A stretch of 64,000 bases of DNA from Hyphochytrium catenoides (Eukaryota; Protista; Hyphochytriomycota), in assembly GCA_900088475.1 (NCBI GenBank), contig FLMG01001623.1:62001-126000 (forward strand). The letters are read 5' to 3'. Position numbers and translations under genes: made by a program. Shown here one piece after another: positions 1-10,529 of this stretch. The first letter of the stretch is position 1. Each line of letters opens with the position of its first letter. The notes under the pieces are model-generated. The model worked only from the letters and a program-made list of their open reading frames with translations. It did no database searches and was not told where the DNA came from.

Positions 1-451
1 GAGGATGTTGAGACTCACTTAGCACCTTATTAATTATGGCCACCCAGATCAGAAGAAGGTAGACGGAAATGGAGAGTGTCGATTTCTCTTCCAGAATTTC
101 TGAACTCTAAAGTTTTTGATGTCGTTGGGTGCAGTAAGACTGACCGAGTCTATTGTAGCATAGTGTCTCCTCATTTAAAAGTTACCGCTGTCTGTGTGGG
201 GCTAAAGAGAATAAGAGACCTGCTACATCACCCACAGACTCAGTTGGTCGGATTTTCAGTGCAGTTGACCTCGTGAAGTGGCTTACCCTAGTCCTAACCC
301 TGACCAGGATGGGCACTGTTGATTTTTTTGGCATGGGGCCGCTGGAAATGTGACTCTTCTCGATGATTTGCTCCTTACGCCGCTGCTTTGACTTTTGAGC
401 ATCATCGCTGGCTGAACCTCTCAGCCGCCCCTTTGCGGCAGAATACGCCCG

Positions 452-1201
452 TCATGCCCTGCACTCTCGTTCTTGAGGAGTCTCAGAACAGCACTGTTTG
501 CATGGTCGGATAAGTGTCCCCGCCTTGTCGTATTTGCAATAAGGTCCGATGCCAGGCTGAAAGTGGCAATCCCCTGTATTGGTCATTGAGCAGCTTTGAC
601 ACCGTAGGCTGTTGACTGTGGCTGCCCCCTCCTCCCCGTACCAACTCCAGAGCAGATCCATCTCACAAGGCAAACAGGGCTCCGCCTCCGAACACGCCAA
701 TCCCTGTGGACAATTGCGAAATTAGGTTCACAGCTGTCAATAGAAACAGGATTTTGAAGCTCATCACCTCGCCTCTATTGCAGTCCCTGGTGTAGTTGAG
801 TGCCGTTGCAACGGAAGGACAGGGGTTCCGGTGCTCCGTTGCCTGATTCTTGTTTCCATCAACGACCTGAGTGCTGCTTACTTTGCCTCCCTTCGTGCTT
901 AAAAGGCAATCGATCCGCATATTCGAGACAAATGACCTAGAGTTTCGAGTCAACCGAATCCCCGCATAATAGATATGGTAATACTGGACCAGCACCATCG
1001 CAGTCACGATACCTGCAGCCGTTTGCTTACGGACTGAGAACCCATAGTCATAATCATAAAGCAAAGACCTTACTTACCCATCACAGCCTTTTGGCCATTC
1101 CGGTACGACTTTCTACCATCAGGAGAACAGCAGCTGACCAGCCCTATCACCGCTACGAAGAGCAGTAAACAAGCAAAGGTCAAGCTGGCGATCTCCTCCA
1201 T
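452..1201 (-). CDS. Small membrane protein with two hydrophobic segments and a Cys-rich C-terminal domain (spliced; 5' end uncertain)
   Basis: Manual splicing gives MEEIASLTFACLLLFVAVIGLVSCC...AVMG|IVTAMVLVQYYHIYYAG...RDCNRGE|GLACSEAEPCLPC...CQSC...GDCHF..GIGPYC...PCKQCC...*. The GT-AG intron at 704-767 keeps frame and the last exon has 11 Cys. Confidence 0.55.
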
Positions 1202-1932
1202 GACAGCATATGATTTCAAAGCATTTAGCTGTTTAAGTGAGGTTGCAGCATAGCTGAACTTCTGTGGCACACCCAGCACTACGTCCATAGTGCGAGAGGA
1301 CTATACCTATCAGAGAGTATTAAGGGAATACTGGGCCAACAGGTGCAGGCAGCGTCAGTGACAGGGGACAGGTATGAGAATCGGAGTGCTGCTAAGCCTA
1401 AGGTCTTCGGGCTTATGCCACAGACGTGGGCTGCATCAACCTTTCCGTTTCCCACGACCTCGCGCGGGATAGTCATCGCAGCATAGAGACCAAGCGACCA
1501 GACTTCATGATCTCCGTCTTACACCCTGCGGTTGGCATCAAGAATCAAGACCTAACTACTCGCCATTGACGAGCGAGCACTCTAGCTCATAGCCTCAACA
1601 ATGGAAGGAGGAACAACGATGGAGTGGAAGAGAGAATGATGGATTACAGTATGCCCTTTCAGCAGGCAATGCAAACCTCCCCCAGGAGCTTTGTGTCAGG
1701 AAGACCGTTACTGGGCAGGATTCTGATCCATCATCTCTCTTCTAATCTCCGTCCAGAAAGCTGTATGCTGGCCTTGATCCAAACTCCTCGGTTGTTGAGG
1801 AGCAGGATAGAAGCTCCAGGTCCTCGACGCAATGGCTGATAGAGTCTCTCTGGTGACTCCCATTGGTCTGCCCTTGAATTTTCCGAAGCTTGAGGCAGCA
1901 AGCCGGCAGGATGCGCTTGTTGAATAGGGAGG

Positions 1933-3484
1933 ATGGCAGACAATAGCTCAACGGGAACAGCTGGCGACGATAAGGAACTCCAGGCAGAGAGAGGCGCCCT
2001 TAAAAATTCCTGGTCGCTGTTAGCAGAAGGCGAAGCAACCGGACCCGCTCGGTGCAAGACCTTACGAGGACTTTGGGTAACGACATTGGAAGAAGATGAA
2101 TGGCTTGACAACCTATCACTCGCGTATCCACATCAGTTTGATAAGGTCATGGCATGGAGTTTGTCTCAAGAGTCCACTGGCTCTGGAAAGGCTAGTCGTG
2201 ACAGTTCTTCGACGACCGGAATCCCACGCATTATTCATCAGATCTGGTTGGGCGGGGATCTTCCTAGTGATTTGAGATCGTTCTGCGAGTCATGGCGCGC
2301 TCATCACCCGCAGTGGCAGTATGTAAGACTCTTTTCCATTGAATAGATGCACTTTGAAGTGACTGAAACTTTAGCCTGCTACACTATGAAGGCAAGCTCT
2401 CTCATCCTTCGCTGATCTTCAGAGGCTATGGACCGATACTGAGATTAGCAGCGGCGAGCTGAGACTGAGAAACCAGGTAATCCTCTTTTCTTCGGAGTTG
2501 AGAGCTCAGCTAGATTTTCTCACACTGCTCGGCCTTATTTCAGGCTGCTTTTGACGCTGCGAAGAATTATGGGGAAAAGGCCGATATACTCCGCTATGAA
2601 CTGCTTCATACCTTCGGAGGTCTCTATGTAGACTGCGACTTTGAGTGCCTAGCCTCCTTCGAGATATTCCACCAGGTACTGGTCCTGCAGAGCCTGATAT
2701 ACTTTGCAACTAACAGTGGGAACTGCCGCAGAACTTCGACTTCTTTTGTGGATTCTCCAATACCGGAGCTGTGGAGCTCAATAATGCCTTGCTAGGCTCG
2801 AAAGCTGGCCATCCTATATTGGGACACTTAATAGACGATATTGGCCATCAATTTAGGACGGCTAGCCTAGTTGCATCCTATCTAGGAAGTGGCAATTCGG
2901 GTACCAGGCCACTTGCTGAACTAGGTGGGAACCTCCTGACATGCCGCGTTATTCTCTGCTCTGACAGCATGTGGTTTCTAGTTATTCCTGCGCTAGTGCC
3001 TTCATTAGCCAGGAACGCTGGCCGCTCAACGGGGCAGACAGAGGACGTTGTCATACCGGTTATAGATCGTGCCATCCGTGTTGGGGAGTACGAGGACGAA
3101 TCCAAGAGAGGCTCATCACCGCCATTAGGGACGATCGGCAGAACGGGACCAGGTCTCTTAACTCGAGTGGCTATAAAGTACTACTTGAGTCATGCCCAGA
3201 AGTATCCTCAAGAAAAGGAGTTGTTCCGCCTCTCAAGCGTCTTCTTTGCCCCTGAGCAGTTCTTCTACCCTATTCCGAATACGGAACAAATGCCACCAGT
3301 TGCGGACAGTGGACCATCAAAGAGCTCGGAGAAGGATGAACACCTGGAAGCTCTTGGCAGTACAAGACGATTGCCGTTGAGGAAGTCGTACGGCCTTGCC
3401 TCAGCCTATGCCGTGCACCATTGGCGGCGGTCGTGGATGCCACAAACTACTGCAAAGGGCACAACCTCGGCAAGCACGGTGTAA
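1933..3484 (+). CDS. GT32 glycosyltransferase (Gly_transf_sug, OCH1/SUR1-like DxD family)
   Basis: Motifs IPRIIHQIWLGG, SWRAHHPQWQY|RLWTD, KADILRYELLHTFGGLYVDCDFECL (DxD), NNALLGSKAGHPIL, RTGPGLLT, YAVHHWRRSW. Introns at 2323-2422, 2477-2543, 2676-2731 and probably near 2901-2979. Confidence 0.9.
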
Positions 3485-4894
3485 CGCCATCACTAGCTCC
3501 GAAATGGCCCCCTGGCACTGATCCTTGTTTAAGTGGCTCTGAAAGCACCGTGACTAGATTGCCTTATTGAGCAGCCCATTGGACGCTTAGCACAGAGTCT
3601 TATGCCTCTCATGTATCCGAGAGAAAGAATTTATATTATAGATGTACACATACAATTTGCCCTTGTAAATGTTATTTGATGTCCGAAAAGGGCAGGTGGT
3701 CCAGTATCACCTCCAGGACGACCTCCCAGGCAGATGGCTCCAGAACAGCCTAGGAACCCTGTTGGTCAAGGTATTCCCACGGCCACGGAAGAAATTTTTT
3801 GCACGCACTAGGAACGAAGAGGTCTATCATCACCAGCAGGTAGAACTTAGCACACGCACGCAGCAAAGAAGACTTTGACATCCTTTCCTCTTCCTAATAA
3901 TGTGCTTCCATGCACTGTTCAAGACCTCCACTCACCTAAGAGACACGAAGAACTGGGTTGAAGCCGCTCTTGCATCTCTTGAGGGCCTGGAGGAAGAAGA
4001 GCAGCCATTGCATCTATCAAAGAGGAAGGAAGTAAAGGTGAAGGTGCCGCTTGCTAGAGCTCGTGCCAGTGCGTTTTGGTCCTTTGGTCCTGGGCCGCCC
4101 TTCCCTGCTTCTGATCCACAGGAGACAGCAAATCTTTTGCAGCTGCCAAACCGATCCATAGTCCCCATTTAATTCTTGCATGATCTTTCATCACAGTTCC
4201 TATAGGAGTCTGGGACCTGGATATTTTATTAAAAGAGGGAATACGCTTGCTCTCGTTACCGAATTCAACAAACTACTTTGGTAGTGGATCCAGTGATCGG
4301 GCAATAATAAAAGGGCCCTCTAGTGTTCTTTTTCTATGTCTTATTTTCGGGCAAAAGTCGTTCCGTGTCGGTTGATGGGTGAGAAGAAGTGGGAAGTTCT
4401 GCTGTTCGCACTTTCTCTTTTTGCTCTTGTTGCATCGGCCTGAAGCCTGGCACTTGCCGCGACAGCCTAAGGGCCAGCAGCGCAACGCAGCAGCACGTTC
4501 CTTACACCCTTTCAACCTTCATCCTACAAGGGAACTAGTGCATGGTTCCGTCCAGCGCTGCCACTGGTTTATGATGTAAGGATACAAGGGGCGTGAGGAC
4601 TATACTGACGAGACACCGGCATCTATCCAGGGTGTATCCTTGTCAGCACCATGCCCCTTAGCTTGAGACGTTCACCATGATGAAGCGGGAGGAGGACTGA
4701 TCCTCGTCTAAGGGCCTGGAGAAAGATTGATATCTTTGTCTAAGAGAGCCATCTGACTGGGCTATCAACCGCCAGCAGGAACGCATCGATGGGGTTATTA
4801 TGACAGAGTGCTCCAGGAGGCTTTAGTACGCCTGCCTAGCTGGTGAAAAGGCTGAATAGCGTCCCGCGCCTTCCTCTGTGGTGTATACCGAGAT

Positions 4895-7110
4895 ATGGAG
4901 GGAATTCTAAGGCAGCCCAGCTTCCCTGAAGCCTGGAATTCTCACAAGGAGCGATGGACCATGCAGAGGATACTTGAAAACGAGGAGGAATCCGACGAGT
5001 CTCCACGGCACTGCTATGATGGGATACACCCGATTGACAGCTCCAGAGGTTTACGACAGGTAAGATATTGTGCCTGCAAATGGCCCTCCCTCTCTGACAT
5101 ATCCTCCTCCCAAACCTGGCTACTCCTTTCCCAAAATGGCCGATATGATCGCGGCACTTCGCAGAAATGGAGCCAAGGAGGAAGAGATAAAGGAATGGGC
5201 GAGCTATTCAAGCCGGCAAGCTCCCGGCCAGTCGCTGATCGGACAATTCAGGTACATTGAGGTCCCTGCTCTATAGGATCGGGGCATATAAGGCATATCA
5301 GGTTGTTTCTCACTTATCCGACTTTTAGAGGCCAGGAGATCGGGAAGCAAGTGAATCTAGCTCTGAAGAATCAGAGTCGAGTACTGTCGAACAAGAACCA
5401 GGGCAATGTGGAGGTCAAGAAGAAGAAGAACGAGCCCTTGGAGGCGGGGATGGAGTAGTCAACGCCCGACCGCGCGGGGGAAATGGCAAAGCTAATAAGG
5501 ATGATTTTCTGGAGCGCCTGAACACTCTAAAGATGCTCTTAGAATGTGGTCACCTCTCTGAAGAAGACTACCGGGAGAGGAGCAGTCAGATCATTAATGC
5601 ACTGACGGGAACATCTGCTAGAGCACCACAGCCAAAGAAGAGGAAATCAAGGCGCTTACAGCCAATTTTACAAACTGTTGTCGCTCATGGGCCGCCAAAT
5701 TTTGACACCATTGCCATGGAGAGGTAAGAGCCACGAAGCATGTCTGGAGGGAAGTGCTAGAAAGGGGACTAGATGGTCTTTGAGAATTTGCTCATCAGGG
5801 TTTGAACACTTCCCTCACTCGTAACGTAGGGCTGAGAAGCTTACTTTTGATGTGCAAACCTTGGAGTGGGTGTCGTGTCAGATATACGTCAGGATAGACC
5901 ACGTTCCGTTCGCCTCTGGGCAACTGCGGAACGCTTACTACCTTAGAGAGTATGGCCAAGATGGGCACAGTCCTAGCGAACTCTTAGTGGCCAAAACTAG
6001 CATCCATGCGGCTGATGCGGCTTCGTACCTCAGGTTTAGACCGTATTCCTTTTTCTTCGAACTCTTTCTCTCTTCCTCTACTCCGATTTAGCTTTATTGT
6101 ACCGTTTCAGCTAATCTGGCTCATGGTACTTACGGTGCCATGTTGGGCCTAAAAACACTAGGTACTGGTGTGGTGACTGTCCATGAGTTGTGACTTTCAC
6201 AACATCTTCTCTTCTTTTTATGTCGCGGTGGTCTCGTTTGGTCACTATGGAAGCTACATCCTCAACAAAGCTCGTTTTTTGTGCTTCGTCTACTCCCGGC
6301 TTGGTCTGACTAATATCTGGGCTTCCACGCTGCTCTTCTCTCGATTAGTGATGTGGAGATGCAGGCGTGCTGCTCTCACTACGCGGAACTGTACAACCAC
6401 CACGATCCTCCGCGCAAGGTGCACTATGCAAGATCGTGGCTCCTGAAGTTCAAAGGTCGAAATAGCATGGTGGCAGGGGTTGAGGAATACATTCATGGAA
6501 AGTATGTGAAGTATAGCAACAACAACGGATTCGTTGGGACTGAGACTAGCACCAACGAGGAGCGAGAGAGGAACACGCCTCAGGCCTTCTCCCACTTCTC
6601 CTTCGTCGCTTCGGACTACCGGCTCATGATAGTTGACGTTCAAGGTATTTATTTCTAAGGGCAACACAGATCGCCCCAATCTTCCTCTTACTTGTTCTGG
6701 GCCTTACCGACCTCTTACTTCTGTCTGTGTCTTTTAACATTGCACCTTATTCCTCCCAAATTTACACGCTAGGTGTCGATGACAAGTATACCGACCCCCA
6801 AATCCACACCCCGGACGGCTATGGCTTTGGCTCTGGCAATCTTGGCATATTCGGCATTGAGCAGTTCCTGAAGACCCATCGCTGCAACCATATCTGCCGC
6901 TGGCTGGGCCTGCGCTCTCTACATAACAGAGTGAAAGAGGGTGGGACCGCTGCACCCCACTACCGCATGCCCCACAAAGAGATCAAGAAAAGTACCAACA
7001 AGATCAGCTCTACTGTCAATTCCTACTCGCGTTCTCTCACCANNNNNNNNNNNNNNNNNNNNNNNNNNNNCCGCTACCTGAGGATGATTTGCTGTATGAG
7101 TGATGACTAG
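4895..7110 (+). CDS. Alpha-kinase (eEF2K/MHCK family) with an upstream SHOCT-like segment; 3' end unresolved because of the N-gap
   Basis: Motifs PFASGQLRNAY, LVAK, DVEMQAC, VEEYIHGKYVKYSNNNGFV, RNTPQAFSHFSF, MIVDVQG|VDDKYTDPQIHT, GFGSGNLG, FLKTHRCNHICRWLGL (Zn-binding His/Cys). Exons join in phase through GT-AG introns. Confidence 0.93.
7043..7070. other. Assembly gap (N run) in the 3' part of the alpha-kinase gene
   Basis: 28 N characters. Confidence 0.99.
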
Positions 7111-7559
7111 GGCGATTGCCACACATGCCTACCTCCAAGGACACAACCAAGCACTGGAGACGGTGACCATTCGATGTGTAGTTGTTCCTTGGGAGCAATC
7201 GATTTACAGATAGTAAATAGAACGAGAGACAGACAGATAGACAATCGAGAGACTGCATGAAGGGGTTGTAGCTTGATAGGAGGGCATTTCGGGGAGGAGA
7301 GCTAGGGGAAAAGATAAGTAAGCGACATAGGTAAACTGAGGGAGGACACGGCTAAGTCGGGTAGGATCTTGAAGTAGATGATGGGAGCAAAGCACACAGA
7401 GAGCAAGCGATCCAGGATCTCCAGGCACAGATGTACATTTCGTATGTATCTAATTAGTATGATGGCACATTTTTCCAGCATTGGCTTCCCTGCCGTGAAA
7501 TGGATCAACCTCAGGATGTCAATAGCCTCATGAACCTCCGCCATGTTTGGCTATCCTAA

Positions 7560-9213
7560 CTAGGTAGTGGTCGCCGGATCTAGCTCCAGCTTGTCGAGCT
7601 GATCCATTAAATCACGGATCTTTTCTTCAATCACTTCCAACGCTGTGGCCACGATGGATTCGGGCCTTAAGGCACCGGTGGACTGCATATTCGACAAAAC
7701 CCAGTGAGAGGCTAGTATAGCTCTTAGCAGCAATGTAGGACGTGCAAGGAGAATAGAGCTCTTCCTAGTATGAAGGCGCAGAGGCTTGCAGGCTCACCTC
7801 TACAGAGAAGATGAAGCGGTTGTCGTCCATTTTAACGGAGACCACATTGTCGTCTTCGGCATCTGCCTTGAAGCTATCACCACATTTGACACATTCATCG
7901 CAGAATATGCAGTCTTCTGGCCTTGCTACCCGAATCTGTTCGGTCTCACCGCTGAGTTTTGACTCTTGCCATTATGACTAGTTTACGGGAGTTACCTGCT
8001 TGGTACGATCGTCGAGCTCGTAGACCTTAGCTGGACAGCTAGTCACCAGTTTCTCTCGCTGCTCTAGGTTTAGCCGCTCCATTACCGCTGAGCAGAGAGA
8101 AACACTCAGTCACACCGCTATCAAGATACTAGGCGCTACCTGCGACCTACCGGCGTTGACCCTAATGATAGGATCGAATCTGTACACGGCAGTGCACACC
8201 GGCGACCACTTTGCGTGCTCTTTTCCTATACCCTAAGAGTTAAGGAAGGACAAAGAAAGGAAGGCGGATGGCGTGAGATGAAAGAGATCCCTAGATGGTC
8301 TAGCCCTTCATGTGGAAACCAAGTAATTGCTACCTTCTTGGCTATACAGGTGAGCCTCACACTCTGCCCTTTGGAAAGACGGACGATACTAATGCCATCA
8401 TCTTGCGAGTTGTGCTGTTCCTCCTCTGACGAATGGTGTACGGGCGAGACTTTATCATCCTGCAAAAGACAGAGAGGGTCACCGGCAAAGTATTGGCGTC
8501 ATAGGCCACGCTGACCAAAAAAGTCCAGGCTCAGCTTGAGAACAGTGAAGAATATTTCTAGCTAACGTCGGCAGATTGGCAGAGATAGAAGACAAGTTGG
8601 AGGAGAAAGGGTGAATATGCTTCCATACCCTACTAATCAAGTCTGCACTTGTAACGTTGATGGGTTCATCCGTGGTGCAGGTCTTGCTAAGGACCAACGT
8701 GACGGAACAAGCAGGACAATGATCGATGCAAGTGCATTCCTACGTAGTTCGCATAGCAAATACATGAGCGGTAGATTGAGCAAGAAGGACGGTGTAAGCT
8801 GGTGACAGTGCAGACAGGGTTGTGCTAATAGGTACCCACCCAGGTGTATCTGAACTCCTTCATGCTCTTCGCGCAATAGAGAGGAATCATTCCCAGTCTA
8901 TGAGCGATGAATTCGTCATGGATGACAGATGAGTTCTCCTCAATCATCACTAAGTCAATAGCCATGGTAGGGACCTACAGCGTAAAGAGAGAAGTAGGAT
9001 TGGCAATAAAGATGAGGGGAAACTCGAACTATTTTCTTTGTTCAAAGAGAGCTTGGCCCCCGTCAAGTCGTAAGGCGTTCGGCTTACCTCTGCGTGAATC
9101 ACTCTTCGGAGAGAGTTGGCAACACTTGTGTCCGTATCGGAGAGAACAAACTTGATGAAGTCTTCTCTGAGCTCCAGAACCTCGACCTGTGGGTACCTAA
9201 GGTTCTTCGGCAT
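7560..9213 (-). CDS. RPB3: RNA polymerase II subunit RPB3 (8 exons)
   Basis: [21 protein letters not shown]|VPTMAID...[33 protein letters not shown] (Zn site), IAKK|[18 protein letters not shown]|[11 protein letters not shown]. All introns are GT-AG. Confidence 0.96.
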
Positions 9214-10529
9214 GATTCCTGGGCGCTCGTTGCCCTGCTAGAGAGGGCTTGCTACTCTAAAGCACGGATATCTACTCTATACAAATCTACTGGCTTCGGG
9301 AGAGGACAGTGACCCTTTAAGCGCAGGCGCCCAGTTAGCTAAACAGAGTGGTGAGTTTGTTGGTCCTCTGAAGCGTTGGGCATCGGTGAGGCAGGCTAAA
9401 AGGAGAAAACAAACACAGTTGGCCAGCGTCAAAATCTCTGTGGGATGAATATGTAGGGCAATGAGGTGCCAGGTAGCTTGTGGCTCCGTTATAGCTTCTT
9501 CACATGTGCTGGAGCTGGTATCCCCTCCGTCGTGTGTCTGCTTGCCAAGACTGATTGAAGCTTTGTGTCGATCATCTGCATCTTCATCAGGCTTCTCCGT
9601 GGACAAATCTTCGTGTCTTCATCGCGTTGGTCAGGACCTCACTTCCACAGTTTTTGGGGAGGCAATCACGACTATCCCAGGACAAATCATGCGGTAAAGC
9701 CACTTTCAATATCCCAGAGGCTTAAGCTATGGTAGTACGATTCAATTTTGTATCTAACTTGTATTCTCCTCTTATTGGTATTATATACGCCAATCTCTGG
9801 ACTAGATAAACAGAGTGCGAGTGAATCTATGGTAGCTGAGCTTCATCAGCTCTTCATGAGGAGCTTTGAATGCAGAGATGATGTTGAGCCTCCAGACGAG
9901 CAGACGGAAGGCAAAGAGGTTGTCTTCAGACAGGATGCTCAGCTTGGAGGGCCGATAATCCGTAGGATGAGGTTACTGCACGCAGCAGGTGGAAGGACTG
10001 ACCCTCCTGCTGAAGAGGAGAGGCTGGTCGTCTCACAGTCAGAGGTCGGGTGAGGCACACAGAGCCAAGGAGGACAAGTTCTCTTCTGACGAACGGCAAG
10101 AAAGAGGAAGCCACCTTCATTGGAAGGTAGTACACAGGGGAGGCATGTCTTTGAGGTGTAAGGCTCATAGCGATTGGCCTTTCAGGCGCGGAGTTTCTTT
10201 TTCACTAGGAGGCTCCTCCAAGAATAGAAGTTAGATGATAACTCGCTCAATACTAGGCCGACAGCAGTCCGCTGCGCTATCCTACGACTTACAGACAGGT
10301 GTCACGACACTGAGAACGTCACTTAGACATGGGAATCTGCTAAGCAAGACCAACAGGAACTATATCTTCGTATGGCAGTAAGGAAATCGCGGTGGCATCT
10401 CCTTCATGGCTCCGGGAGCCCCTACCTTAGCATTGCGTCCTATGTGTATCCTGTTAGTCTTCATACCCAGATCGCAACTTGGGCTGAAGTGGCTCAGGCC
10501 TTGCTTACTCTGACATGCTCCCCCGTCTT

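Noticed and set aside
3672-4515. Possible spliced minus-strand gene ending ...AVLEPSAWEVVLEVILDHLPFSDIK*
   Set aside because: Splice-like signals exist, but I could not build a consistent open model or recognise a family. The in-frame TAG before this segment is better read as a splice acceptor than as readthrough.
9461-10234. Possible small plus-strand gene between RPB3 and the bromodomain gene
   Set aside because: One plausible splice joins two short frames, but there is no recognisable motif and no clear start or end.
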